Below are positions 36,135-46,759 of a stretch of DNA of 64,000 nucleotides, one piece after another. The stretch's first letter is position 1. The number at the start of each line of letters is the position of its first letter. Made by a program: the position numbers and the translations under genes. Under the pieces are notes generated by a model. That model was not told the origin of the DNA. It worked only from the letters and a program-made list of their open reading frames with translations, and did not search any database. The stretch is from an uncultured Acidobacteriota bacterium (GTDB lineage Bacteria > Acidobacteriota > Terriglobia > Bryobacterales > UBA6623), in NCBI GenBank assembly GCA_963817465.1, contig CAWFOP010000021.1:91429-155428 (forward strand), given 5' to 3'.

Positions 36135-36995
36135 TCAGGGTCTAGCGTCTAGGCCGAAATCGCGCTCGACGGAGGCGTACCAGTCTTCGTCGTTTTGCGC
36201 TCCCCACGCGACCCAATCTTCGTCGGACATGGAGGCGCGCCACGCTAGGAACGGCTCGGCGTCGGGGCCGACCGGGTGTCGCAACACCGCCCCGTCATCC
36301 TGTGCGACTTCGAGAATCTTGTCGGCGACAAGCGACGGTTCGACCGGGTTTTGCAGGGAGGCGGCGAAGAGGCGCGAAAAACGGTAGACCTGCGGATAGG
36401 CGGCTTTCGGCGGCGGTTCGCCGATGCGTCGGGCCATCGCGGTGTCGATGATGCCGGGCTCGACCAGCGCGACTCGAACGTTGTAGGTCTTCATCTCCTG
36501 AGCCAACCCCTCGGTCAACGCTTCCAAGGCCCACTTCGACGCCGCATACGGCGTTAGCGGGGAGTTTGAGATTTTGCCGGCAACCGAGCTGATGTTGATG
36601 ATGCAGCCGCCGCGCCTTTCGCGCATTTCGCCGACCACGGCCTGAATGCAGCGGATCGCGCCGAAATAGTTCGTCTCCATGATGCGGCGGAACACATCCA
36701 ACGGCAGCTCTTCGATCGAGCCCGAGGCTTCGATGCCGGCGTTGTTGACGAGCACATCGACGCCGCCGGCCTGCTCGCGGATCTTCGCGACGGAGGCGGC
36801 GACCGACTCGTCGGAGTCGACGTCCATCACCGAGACATGAATCGGCAGACCTTCGGCGGCGGCGGTCTGAGCCAGTTGCGGCGAGCGCTGAGGGTCGCGC
36901 ATGGCGGCGAAGACCTGGTGGCCGGCGCGCGCGAAGGCCAGCGCCGCCGCGTAACCGATGCCTTTGCTGGTTCCGGTGATCAAGACTCTCGACAT
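36135..36995 (-). CDS. SDR-family oxidoreductase
   Basis: MSRVLITGTSKGIGYA (TGxxxGIG), NNAG and YAASKWAL (YxxxK). ATG at 36995 follows GAGGAG. Confidence 0.85.
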   Translation of the reverse strand: MSRVLITGTSKGIGYAAALAFARAGHQVFAAMRDPQRSPQLAQTAAAEGLPIHVSVMDVDSDESVAASVAKIREQAGGVDVLVNNAGIEASGSIEELPLDVFRRIMETNYFGAIRCIQAVVGEMRERRGGCIINISSVAGKISNSPLTPYAASKWALEALTEGLAQEMKTYNVRVALVEPGIIDTAMARRIGEPPPKAAYPQVYRFSRLFAASLQNPVEPSLVADKILEVAQDDGAVLRHPVGPDAEPFLAWRASMSDEDWVAWGAQNDEDWYASVERDFGLDARP

Positions 36996-37139
36996 TTTTT
37001 GCAGCTCCTCGGTTTCGATCGCCCGAATATAGCGCAGTTCGACGCGCGTCCGCCCCAAAGCTCTTGCCGAAATCCCGGCCGGCTTCCACTAGACTACGAA
37101 ACGGGACGCGGCATTCCGCGCAGCTTGCGCGAAACCCCA

Positions 37140-37851
37140 ATGGACACGACAAAAGCTCACGGCAAGCCGCCTCGCGCGTGTCAGATTTGCGGCTCCGAAC
37201 ACTCGAACCAATTGCGGCGGGCGGCGCTGGTGCGGCCCGCTGTCGCGAACATCATCGAGAAGGAAACCGGCCACTGGGATCCGGACGGCTGGATCTGTCA
37301 GGACGACCTGCAGAAGTACCGCGATCTCTACGTGCAGTCCTTGCTCAAGGACGAGCGCACCGAGATCACCGACCTCGAGCGCGAAGTCATCGAGAGTCTG
37401 CGCGAGAACGAGACGCTGTCTCGCAATCCGGACGAGGAGTTTGAAGCCGATCTAACGGTCGGGCCAACGGCTCGCTGACCACATCGCAAGCTTCGGCGGC
37501 AGTTGGACGTTCATCGTCTCGTTCGCCCTGGTGCTGTTCGTTTGGATGTTTCTGAACTCGGCGCTGTTGGTCGCGCGGCCTTTCGATCCGTTCCCGTATA
37601 TCTTCTTGAACTTGATCTTGTCGTGCCTGGCGGCGGTGCAGGCGCCGCTGATCCTGATGAGTCAAAAGAGGCAGGAATCTCGCGACCGCGCGCGAGCGAT
37701 GCACGATTACCAGGTCAACCTCAAGGCCGAGCTCGAGATTCGCCACTTGCACCAAAAAGTCGACCACTTGCTGTCGAACCAGTGGGAACGCCTGGTCGAG
37801 ATCCAAGAGATTCAGATGGAGCTGGTGAATGAGCTGCGCAGCCGCCGCTAG
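37140..37851 (+). pseudogene. DUF1003-family membrane protein gene with one frameshift
   Basis: Frame A runs MDTTKAHG...EEFEADLTVG to a stop at 37476-37478. Frame B continues QRLADHIASFGGSWTFIVSFALVLFVWMFLN...MSQKRQESRDR (family signature). The frames join if one G of the GGG run at 37461-37463 is removed. Confidence 0.75.
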
Positions 37852-37860
37852 GGGCGACGG

Positions 37861-39228
37861 CTACCAGCTCAATAGGCGCGGCGAGATCTTGACGCCCTTC
37901 AGGTCGCCCAGCATGGCCAGCGACAGGTTGTAGGGCGTGATCCACGTGGTCGCGATCTGGTGCAGCTTCTCGGGAGTCACCTCCTGGAGGGCCGCGATCT
38001 CGTCGGTGAGCGGCGCGATTCTTCCAAAATAGCGCTCGCTGCGCGCCAGGCTCGTTGCTCGCGTGCGCAGCGAGTCGAGGTCTTTCATCAGATCGGTCTT
38101 GCGGCGTGCGCGAATCCGTGACATGGCGTCATCCTCGAGCGGCGTCACGGTGAGCGCGCGCAGCTCGGCGACGGTCTTCTCGAGGGCTTCGACGGCTTGC
38201 TTGCGCGCGGTGCGGGCGCGAATCCAGATGCAGCCCGTGTCGGCGTACATCTCGAGCACGGACTCGATGTCGAGCGCCGGCAAGTCGCCTTCGCTGACCT
38301 CGCGTTTGAGCTTCGATCCCGGGCCGGCGGCGATGGCGCAGTTGAGCAGGGCGGCGACGTGTCTGAGGTCGTCGGCGGCGGGGCAGGTCGGAAAGCCGAG
38401 CTGGAAGCGAACTTTCGAAAACTGCGGTCGATTTCGAAACGCCAGGAACTTGTGGGACGGCGGGCTGGTTGTCGAGACGGTCTTCTTCGGCGTTTCGAGC
38501 TCGCCGAAGTACTTCTCCGCGAGAGCGGTGATTTCGGCGTGCTCGATATCGCCGGAGGCCACGATTGTCATGCCTTCGGGGCGATGGCTGCGCGTGTGGA
38601 AGCTTTGCAGACGCTTGGGCTTGAAGTCCTCGATCCGCGTGTGGCCGCGGACGGTGAGCAGGCGTCCGCGAGGCGGCCGGCACAAGCCGTGTCCCTTCCA
38701 GAGGCTGCGCAGGAACATGCGCTCGAGGTTGAAGTCGGCGTCCTTCTCGGCTTCGCGCAGCTCTTCGAGCAGGATCGTTGCCTCGGCCGACAGCGCCGTC
38801 TTCGTCAAAGTGGGTCGCAGCACGAGATCGGCGAGCAGATTGACGCAGTCTTCCAGGCTTTCCGGCTCGACCTGCGCCTGATAGTTGGCGTAGTCGCGGT
38901 CGGTCTCGATCCAGACGTCGCCGCCCAGCGCGTCGACCGCCTTGGCGATCTGCGCCGCGGAGCGCTGCTCGGTCCCGTGGAAAGACAGCCGCTGAATCAC
39001 GTGAGTGGCGCCGCTCTCGTTGAGATCCTCATAGCGCGACCCGGCGTCGAGCCAGACGCCGAACACGACGGCGGGCGCGTCTTTGACCTGTTCGCTGATG
39101 ACTCGGACGCCGTTTTGCAGAACGATGCGTTCGACGTCACGCTCCGGGGACTTGGATTTGCTCGGGCGCCGTGTGGTCTTTTTCGTAGTCGCCTTCTTTG
39201 TCTTCTTTTTTGTTGTTTTCTTCGCCAA
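37861..39228 (-). CDS. M16 (pitrilysin) family peptidase-like protein with degenerate zinc motif and Lys-rich N-terminus
   Basis: M16 fold pattern (GVWLDAGSRYE, SGATHVIQRLSFHGT). The HxxEH zinc site reads HVIQR and lacks the Glu. N-terminus is MAKKTTKKKTKKATTKKTTRRPSKSKS. Confidence 0.65.
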   Translation of the reverse strand: MAKKTTKKKTKKATTKKTTRRPSKSKSPERDVERIVLQNGVRVISEQVKDAPAVVFGVWLDAGSRYEDLNESGATHVIQRLSFHGTEQRSAAQIAKAVDALGGDVWIETDRDYANYQAQVEPESLEDCVNLLADLVLRPTLTKTALSAEATILLEELREAEKDADFNLERMFLRSLWKGHGLCRPPRGRLLTVRGHTRIEDFKPKRLQSFHTRSHRPEGMTIVASGDIEHAEITALAEKYFGELETPKKTVSTTSPPSHKFLAFRNRPQFSKVRFQLGFPTCPAADDLRHVAALLNCAIAAGPGSKLKREVSEGDLPALDIESVLEMYADTGCIWIRARTARKQAVEALEKTVAELRALTVTPLEDDAMSRIRARRKTDLMKDLDSLRTRATSLARSERYFGRIAPLTDEIAALQEVTPEKLHQIATTWITPYNLSLAMLGDLKGVKISPRLLSW

Positions 39229-39277
39229 ATCAATAGTTTAGCGAAGCAGGCGGCTGAGCACCACGCAGGGGCCGTGC

Positions 39278-40762
39278 TTAGGGCTCGATGTGCGTCAGCT
39301 TGAAGGTCCAGGCGTAGCGGCACGGCAGCTTGTCGGCCGTGAGCTGCGGGACCTCGATGATCACGTCGTCGCGCTTGCTGGTCCAGGCCAGAGGCTCGTC
39401 GATTCCGAGCATGGTGACCTGGGTCGAGCGCTTGTCGGCCTGAACGTCTTTGAGGATGAGCTGCTCGCCGGGCCAGCCGGGCGTGATGGCGTAGAGCGTG
39501 TCGCCTTTGGAGGTGAAGAAGACCTGCTTGACGGCCTTGCCGTCGCGCGGCTGCTGGCCGGCCGCTTCGAGCACGTCGTACTGGACGCGGAACTCGCCGA
39601 AGCTCTGCTCGGGAGGCGTCCCCTCGGTGTATTGGGCGGAGCGCTTCCAGGCGCGCGTGCCGTAGATCGCCTCGCCGTTGACGGCCAGCCAGTCGCCGAG
39701 CTCGAACAGGCGCTGCTGCATGATCTCGGGGATGCGGCCGTCGGCGTAGGGGCCGACGTTGAGCAGCAGGTTGCCGCCGCGGGCGACCAGGTCGGCGAGC
39801 ATCCAGACCAGCTCCTTGCCGGTGCGATAGTTCTCGAGCGGCTCGGCGCGGTTGTAGCCGTAGGAGAAGCCCATGCCGCGGTTCTCTTCCCACGGATGGG
39901 TGGCGTCGGGCATGCCGGCGCCGTACTCGGTGGTGTAATAGCCGCCGTGATGGTGGCGGGCGCCCTCGCCCCAGCGATCGTTGACGATCACGTGATCCTT
40001 GACGGGCGACTCGTTGTAGAGCCAGGCGAGCAGCTCGGCGCTCTTCCAGTCGGCGGGAGGCATGTCCCACTCGCCGTCGGAGAAGATGATCGACGGCTTG
40101 TAGCGCGTGACTGCGTCTTTGAACTGCGGAATCATGTGCTTGTCGACGTAGAGGTTACGGTCGGTGAGCCAGAGCGGGTTGTACCACTCGTAGAGCGAAT
40201 AGTAGAAGCCCATCTCGAGTCCGGCGGCGCGTACGGCATTGCTCAGGTCGCCGAGCAAGTCACGATGCGGTCCCGCGTCGACGGCGTTCCACGGGCGGCC
40301 CCAGTCGCGGTTGGCCTCTTCGCTCTTGAACAGCGCGAAGCCGTCATGGTGTTTCGAGGTGAGCACGACGTACTTGGCGCCGGCGCGCTTGAAGATCTCC
40401 GCCCACTTCGCCGGGTCGAACAGCTCGGCCTTGAACATGGGGGCGAACTGCGAGTACGAAAAGTCAGCGCCGAAGACGCGGTTGTGGAACTCCTGGGTCA
40501 TGCGCCGGTTGCGGCTGTCGCGTTCGTTGCCGCCGTCGGCGGGTTCGCGCAAGTTGCGCCAGTACCACTCGGCGTAGCTGTCGGGCGCGGCGTAAGAGGG
40601 CACCGAGTAGAGGCCCCAGTGGATGAAGATGCCGAACTTGGCGTCGAGGTACCACTCCGGGGCGGGGCGGGAGTCCAGGGATTCCCAGTTGGGCTGATAG
40701 GGAGCGGCGAAGGCGCCGGCGGCGAGCAGGAGGAAGGCGGCGAGGATGGGGAGACGTTTCAT
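39278..40762 (-). CDS. Alpha-L-fucosidase (GH29), secreted
   Basis: AKFGIFIHWGLYSVP, KYVVLTSKHHDGF and YYSLYEW motifs. Signal peptide MKRLPILAAFLLLAAGAFA from ATG 40762. Confidence 0.85.
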   Translation of the reverse strand: MKRLPILAAFLLLAAGAFAAPYQPNWESLDSRPAPEWYLDAKFGIFIHWGLYSVPSYAAPDSYAEWYWRNLREPADGGNERDSRNRRMTQEFHNRVFGADFSYSQFAPMFKAELFDPAKWAEIFKRAGAKYVVLTSKHHDGFALFKSEEANRDWGRPWNAVDAGPHRDLLGDLSNAVRAAGLEMGFYYSLYEWYNPLWLTDRNLYVDKHMIPQFKDAVTRYKPSIIFSDGEWDMPPADWKSAELLAWLYNESPVKDHVIVNDRWGEGARHHHGGYYTTEYGAGMPDATHPWEENRGMGFSYGYNRAEPLENYRTGKELVWMLADLVARGGNLLLNVGPYADGRIPEIMQQRLFELGDWLAVNGEAIYGTRAWKRSAQYTEGTPPEQSFGEFRVQYDVLEAAGQQPRDGKAVKQVFFTSKGDTLYAITPGWPGEQLILKDVQADKRSTQVTMLGIDEPLAWTSKRDDVIIEVPQLTADKLPCRYAWTFKLTHIEP

Positions 40763-40857
40763 CGCGTCCCTCAGCTTACTGTAGTTTTGACGCCGAGCAT
40801 GGACTTGCGCCCTCGGGACAGCGACAGGGCGGCGGAACAGCCGGAACGGCATTTCGC

Positions 40858-43135
40858 ATGCTTCACTCGTTCTTAGTGAGACGTGTCTCGATCGTTTGCG
40901 CGGCGATGACGGCGCTGCTGTGGGGCGGCCTCGGTTTGGCTCAGGAGCCGCCGGCCGAAACGCCCACCGTGGAGCTCGCCTCGTTCGCGCCGGGCGGCAA
41001 TTCGCTGTTCGTCGACTACAGGACGGGAAGCCCGGGATGGCCGCGGGCCGCGGTGGGCGCGGACGGATCGTTGTATGTCGCGAGCACGGGCGACAGCTAC
41101 GTTCCGGTCCCTCACGGCGGCGGATACATCAGCTCCATCGCGTTGCTCAGCCGGCTGCGGGAAGGCGGCGAGGAACTCGACAACTGGGTGATGCTCGACG
41201 ATGCCAAGCCGACGGCTGTCGCGACGGGCCCGGACGGAGCGGTCTATTTCGCCGGGGAGCTGAGGCAAAGCGACGCGCTGGAGGCGACGGAAGGGGCGCT
41301 CGATGAGCCCGGCGCGAAGGGCTTTGTGATGAAGCTGTCGGCTGACGGGGAAATCTTGTTTGCGGCGAAACTGCACGGCCGGCCGCAGACCGTCGCGGCC
41401 GATGCGCAGGGCCGGATCTATCTAGCCGGGGCCGCCGCGTCGGACTTCGAGGCGACCGCGGGCGCCTACCAAACGGCGACCGGAGCCGCCGTCTGTGTTC
41501 CATACCCGGATGCGGAACCGGAGGCGTGCGACAGCGGCTTCGCCGCGCGGCTGAGCGCTGACGGCTCGCGCCTCGAGTGGGCGACGTTTCTTGGGGGCGG
41601 GGGAGACGATTGGATCGCGCGGATCGCGGTCGATGCGACGGCGATCCATTTGGCGGGGCAGACGGTTTCGGCGGACTTCCCGGTGACTGCCGGGGCGTTT
41701 CAGTCGGCGTATCGGGGAGGCAAGCAAGTTGGGTTCGCCGAGTTGGGCGATGCGTTCGTCGCGAAGATGTCGCTCGACGGACGCGAGTTGCTCTACTCGA
41801 CTTACCTGGGCGGCTCGTCCGGCGAGCAGGTGGGCGGACTGGCGGTCGACGGTTCCGGGGCCGCCTTGGTGACTGGGACGACCTACTCCGCCGACTTTCC
41901 GGCGACCGGGGGCGCTCCGCAGACCGCCTATGGAGACGGCGACGTGGGCGAGGGCGGCGCGGGCGAGGGCGGCGACGCTTTTTACTTGCTGCTCGATGCG
42001 GGAAACGAGGCTCTCGTGTCGAGCTACCGGGGCGGCGCGGCGGCGGAGTCCGGACGCGGGGCGGTTGCGCTGGACGATGCCGAAGGCGGCGGCTTCGCGG
42101 TCGATGTCGGCCGCGGGCCTGCGTTCAATCCCTGCTCGCGCAACGAATCTATTCTCCGGCTCGACAGGCGGGGGCGGCCGATCGAGCAATTCGAGATGGC
42201 GGCGGGCCTTGTCAGCGGGGACCTGATCGCGGCGAGCGGGAGCTTGGTGTTGGCGGGTCAATCCGTGACCGGATATCGACCCAATGATTTCGCGGTGACG
42301 CCGGGCGCGCCGCAACGGCAAGGCGATGTCTGGATCGCGCGGTTCCGGCTCGAGGCGGACGAGCGGCCTCTGGCGGACTGCGTCGTGAGCGCCGCCTCGT
42401 TTCTCGCGGGGCGGCAGTACGGCTACTTGTCGATCGCGGCCGTGTCGCCGGGGGAGATCGTGTCGATTTTCGGGCGCAATCTTGGGCCGGCGGAAGGGGC
42501 GGTCTTCCAGGTCGGCGATGACGGGCTGGTTCCCACGGAATTGGCGGGCACGACGCTCAGCATCGGAGGGACGGCCGCGCCGCTGCTGTATGTGGGCGAC
42601 GGGCAAGTGAACGCGGTCGTTCCCTTTGGGGTCGGGGCCGGGGAGCGAAAGCGTGCGGCTTACGACGCCGGACGGCGCGACGCGGGAGTACGGCGTCGAG
42701 GTGTTCGATAGCGTGCCGGGCGTCTTCTCGCTCGACGCGAGCGGTTCGGGGCAGGCCGCGGCGCTCAATCAGGACGGCACGTTGAACTCGCCGAGCAACC
42801 CGGCGCACAAGGGCGAAGTGATGACGTTCTACGTCACGGGATTGGGAGCCTTCGATGCGCCGGTCGAGGACGGGTCGGTGATCGGCGCGGCGCCGCCGTT
42901 CCCGCGGACGGTCGAGCCTTTTCAGATTTACGTGCAAGCGCCGTTCGGGTCGGGAGCGGCGGGGATGCCGGTCGAATACGCGGGCGCCGCGCCGGGGTTC
43001 GTCGCGGGGCTGGTGCAGATCAACGCTCGAGTTCCGGAGGCGGCGTCGACCGGAGACGCGGTGCTGGTGCGTATCGTGATGGACGCGCCGAACTTCGAAC
43101 GTTCGCAGGACGGGTTGACGATTGCGGTGGAGTGA
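40858..43135 (+). pseudogene. Secreted beta-propeller-repeat protein with TIGR03437-type (Solibacter) C-terminal domain, one frameshift
   Basis: ORF 40858-42711 ends ...LLYVGDGQVNAVVPFGVGAG and then runs out of frame. ORF 42626-43135 continues SESVRLTTPDGATREYGVEVFDSVPGVFS...YAGAAPGFVAGLVQINARVP...TIAVE. The shift lies in the G-runs at 42628-42643 (e.g. GGGG at 42640-42643). Confidence 0.7.
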
Positions 43136-43344
43136 TTCGCTGGGTTCGGGCTGCGTCCGCGATTCAGCAAGTCCGCGATTAGCCCGGCGGTTGTCGCCTC
43201 CCCGGAGTGAGGTGATGCGCAACGCCCTCCGCGACCATGCGGGCTCGCCGTGGACATTGCCGATTCGACGCCGGCATGCCACGCGGCCGGCCTCATTCCG
43301 CGCCTTTCACCTATCTTTCACCGATCTCTCCAGGACCAGCGATC

Positions 43345-44415
43345 TCAAGCGCGCCGCCTGGGAAGGTACACTCCTTCAAAAAAGGCACGTCGACCTTGAT
43401 GGCGACCCGCGTCCATTGGTATTAAGTTCGCCTGGATCAGAACCGAGTGGACAGTCTCATCAAGCTCCCGACGTCCCTCCGGCTGGATTTGCCGCTCCAC
43501 CCTCACCGATCGAAGGCCTTTCGTATAGACGACCCGTCCAACCATGCCGGCAATCATGATCAACAGGACCACGACGTGCCACCAACCGAACGGGAGCACA
43601 CCGATTAGCTCGAGCGCGATCACGGCTGCGGTCAGCAGCACGGCGGTCAGCTGCGGTTCTGAGAACGCATATACGAAATACCGTCCTGGATCTCCCCTCA
43701 GGAATTCAAACGAGAAACGCCCGGCGCCATAGCCCACAATGTATAAGGCAACGTTCTCACCCGGCGCATGATGTAGGATGTGCGTGGCGATTGCGAGCCC
43801 GGCTAGCATAAATAGCCACGTAGCCTCCACCAGCTGAACCGGAAAGAGCCGTACTCCTCTGACAAAATAGAAGTATCCGGTTGCGGCGTGCCTGCTTCCA
43901 TAGCGGACGCCCCATCCGCTGGGTCGACCGTGACAGCATCCCGCCATAAAACACCCCACTCTGCCAAAAGCCTGATACACGAGCAGGGCAACGACTAGAA
44001 TGTCCAAATATGCGAAGACAGGTTCTCTCAGCAGTAGAAGGAGCGCTACGGTGAAGATCAGCGCCACAATCTGAAAATGATAGACGCCCTTCTTCGCCCA
44101 GTTCAGCAGGGAGTAAGAGCGCCGTAGCAGTTTAGTGCTCTTGAACAGGGCGAACGACAACATAGCCACCAATCCCACGATTGTCGCTAGCACCGAGATG
44201 GAAACCGGGGCCGTAGAGGCGAGTGCGAAAAGAACGCCGGTACCCACGACCACCCCGGAGTAGATCCATACGAAGTAGCTATTCCAGGTTCGTCCAAAAC
44301 AGGTAATCTCGCGCTTCGCGGCCGCGTCCATGAGAAGATTAAAGAGCCGTTGAATTTGAGCTTTCATGAACGTTCTTTTGCTCCTTATCGCTATTCCTAA
44401 TCCTTCACCGATCAT
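43345..44415 (-). CDS. Lgt-family (prolipoprotein diacylglyceryl transferase-like) polytopic membrane protein
   Basis: Seven or so hydrophobic helices plus FGRVGCFMAGCCHGRP, the G-R-x-G-C-x-x-x-G-C-C-x-G variant of the Lgt signature as I recall it. It is the last gene of the RiPP island. An alternative start is ATG 44367. Confidence 0.55.
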   Translation of the reverse strand: MIGEGLGIAIRSKRTFMKAQIQRLFNLLMDAAAKREITCFGRTWNSYFVWIYSGVVVGTGVLFALASTAPVSISVLATIVGLVAMLSFALFKSTKLLRRSYSLLNWAKKGVYHFQIVALIFTVALLLLLREPVFAYLDILVVALLVYQAFGRVGCFMAGCCHGRPSGWGVRYGSRHAATGYFYFVRGVRLFPVQLVEATWLFMLAGLAIATHILHHAPGENVALYIVGYGAGRFSFEFLRGDPGRYFVYAFSEPQLTAVLLTAAVIALELIGVLPFGWWHVVVLLIMIAGMVGRVVYTKGLRSVRVERQIQPEGRRELDETVHSVLIQANLIPMDAGRHQGRRAFFEGVYLPRRRA

Positions 44416-44422
44416 GATTTAC

Positions 44423-46759
44423 TTATATCTCAAGCGCATCACGCTCCAGTAAGAGAACGGAAGGCGCTTTCCGATCGTACAGCCGGAGATAGAAGTAGCC
44501 GACGCCGCTAAGCCCAAGCATGAGCCCCGGCGCTCTCGACCCTAGAGAGCCGAAGGGCCATTGATGTCGTCGTGCTCCATGCTTGCGAATCCCCTCAGCA
44601 GCCACTTTCATGGCCACTTCGCGGCCATCGGGGAAGGCGTCCCCGAGGATCTCAGAACCAATGGTGAGAATGTCGGCATTGCCGGCAAGACCGTGGCAGA
44701 GCGAGAAATTGAATACTCCAGAGTCGAGGGTGCGCAAAGTCCATCGCAGCGTCGTCGTCAAGGCCGTGAGGGCTTCGGATCTACAGCGCTCATCGTCCAA
44801 GACACGGAAGGCATGGAGGCGCGAAAGGGCGATGCCGGCGGCTCCATGGCACCAGAAGGCCGGGAAGTCGACAGGACAGTCGATCCTTGTCGCACGCGCA
44901 GGCACGCCGCGGAAGTCCGGCCAATTACCCAACTCTTCGTTGAACCAGAGCCGCTCATACTTGAAGGCGTCTTGGGCGAGGTCGCGGTACTCGGTATTTT
45001 GAGTGGCCCGATACAATTCGATCAGGCCGTGGGCGACGCCCGCCGTACCATGTGAGAGTCCGAGCAACCCGCGTTGTTTTGGAAAGTCCGGAGACTTCCA
45101 GGAACAACATTCGCCTTTTCTTTGTGCGGCTCGAACGAGTTGGCTCCCTAGTTGAACTGCGAAGTCCGAACGGTCAAAGCCGCCCAGGATATGGCCCAAT
45201 ATCAGGAGTGCAACGATAGCGCCGCCGCTCCCGGATACCAGGTCGGCGCTAGAAACAACCGGATTCCGCCGCAGGGCATCCTCCACTAGGTGCACGGCGC
45301 GGCGGACAAGGTCCTCCTCGCCGAGCCGCCTGCCGACGTAGGCGGCCGCGACCGCTACGCCCAGGACGCCTTCATATAAGCCCAGCCCTTTGCACAACGA
45401 CGGCGAACAGGAGGCGGATATCGCCTGCCGAATTGCACCGAGAGCAGTCCGCCGCACGGCAATCTCGCCAGTGGCCGCATGCAGTTCCGCCAGAAACAAG
45501 GCAATGCCACTCGTCCCGGCATAAAAATCGGGTCCAAGCGTCTGATACGCCAACCCAGAGTCATACTGCCGCGGAAGGCTATTTTGCGGAAACCCGACAC
45601 CCATCCAGTTGCATCGCTCGTCGTGCCAAATCGCGGCCTCACAAAGAAGGCTCCCGATGTCAAATGCTGTCTCCAATAGCGTCTCTCGGCGGATCGCGGG
45701 CTGTTTGGGAATTCGACGGCCTCTCGCGGTTCCGGGGAGCCGGGAACGGGGTGCAAGGTGGAAAATGTCTTCAGAACCAGGATTGAGAAACGGCTGATCG
45801 AGCGAGACTCCCTGTTCGTCAAAATAGTCCTGCACGGCCGCTACACGCCCGCTGACCGCTGTTTCGCGCAACTCCGCAACGCGCACTAGACCTTCGGCCA
45901 GTATTTGACAGCGGTGCATGCCGAAACTAACCCCCCGGTTTGGCTGCTCCGCTATCCCGAGGCCCAGGCGGAGCCGCTTGGTAAATGCCGGCGTCTCGTT
46001 CTTTAGGTACGGCGCCACTTTGGGCTGAATCAACTCCAGCAGCGGCCGGATACGCGAGTAATCCTCTTTGGCCGTGTAGAGGACCGCAGAATCAGCCCGT
46101 ATGAATAAGTTGGGGTCGTCCACGACCTTCAGCCTGTACGGAATGCGGTCCCGGTTGAATGTTGAAGTTAGAGCCCGCATCAGGACGGTCGCCCCTTCCG
46201 CATGAAGATTCCAATACAGCCTGACGACGGGCGTGTTGCCGCCCGTTGGCAAAACCTCATCTCCCATCGCCTGGTAGAATCCCGGCGACATGAAGGGCAG
46301 CTCTTTCGGCATCGATGTCGAGACTTTATCGCCCTTGATCGGTTCAACTCGAAGAAAGGAGGTCTCACCGTCATTGACATAGAGGCGAAGTCCATTCTGT
46401 TGTATGGCGATCAAATCGCCTTTTTGGTCAATCACCTCCCAACCATGCTGCACAAATCCTTTGCCGTGGTTGGCTGCGGAAAGTGCATTGACAAACGCGC
46501 TCTTTGATGAAACCGGCGAGGGTTGCGCCTCGAAGGATTGCACCGGCACAGCAGCGCCTTTGCAGTAGAAGTGGCTATAGAGCCTCTGTTGCAGTCCGTG
46601 AATGAGGCAGGTCCGCGCGGTTTCCGGAGGTAGCGACCGTCTCAGGCGCAGCGGAAGGGTAGTCTCATGTTCCCAAAACCAAAACCAGGAGAAGGGAGGT
46701 TGAACCTGCGTGGCCTGCACGGCTGACCGCAATCGCTCAACGTGTTCACACGTGCTCAT
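44423..46759 (-). CDS. Fusion protein: N-terminal HopA1-like (putative phospho-Ser/Thr lyase) domain + C-terminal LanC-like lanthionine cyclase
   Basis: C-terminal LanC motifs: AGTSGIALFLAELH, LSHGTAGVAHGLIEL, FWCHGAAGIALSRL and SLCHGLAGNADIL (Zn ligands Cys, Cys-His). The N-terminal ~340 aa (RLYWNLHAEG...RLKVVDDPNLFIRADSAVLY...PAFTKRLRLGLGIAEQPNRGVSFGMHRCQILAEGL) matches my memory of the HopA1 effector-family pattern. No search was run. Confidence 0.7.
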   Translation of the reverse strand: MSTCEHVERLRSAVQATQVQPPFSWFWFWEHETTLPLRLRRSLPPETARTCLIHGLQQRLYSHFYCKGAAVPVQSFEAQPSPVSSKSAFVNALSAANHGKGFVQHGWEVIDQKGDLIAIQQNGLRLYVNDGETSFLRVEPIKGDKVSTSMPKELPFMSPGFYQAMGDEVLPTGGNTPVVRLYWNLHAEGATVLMRALTSTFNRDRIPYRLKVVDDPNLFIRADSAVLYTAKEDYSRIRPLLELIQPKVAPYLKNETPAFTKRLRLGLGIAEQPNRGVSFGMHRCQILAEGLVRVAELRETAVSGRVAAVQDYFDEQGVSLDQPFLNPGSEDIFHLAPRSRLPGTARGRRIPKQPAIRRETLLETAFDIGSLLCEAAIWHDERCNWMGVGFPQNSLPRQYDSGLAYQTLGPDFYAGTSGIALFLAELHAATGEIAVRRTALGAIRQAISASCSPSLCKGLGLYEGVLGVAVAAAYVGRRLGEEDLVRRAVHLVEDALRRNPVVSSADLVSGSGGAIVALLILGHILGGFDRSDFAVQLGSQLVRAAQRKGECCSWKSPDFPKQRGLLGLSHGTAGVAHGLIELYRATQNTEYRDLAQDAFKYERLWFNEELGNWPDFRGVPARATRIDCPVDFPAFWCHGAAGIALSRLHAFRVLDDERCRSEALTALTTTLRWTLRTLDSGVFNFSLCHGLAGNADILTIGSEILGDAFPDGREVAMKVAAEGIRKHGARRHQWPFGSLGSRAPGLMLGLSGVGYFYLRLYDRKAPSVLLLERDALEI

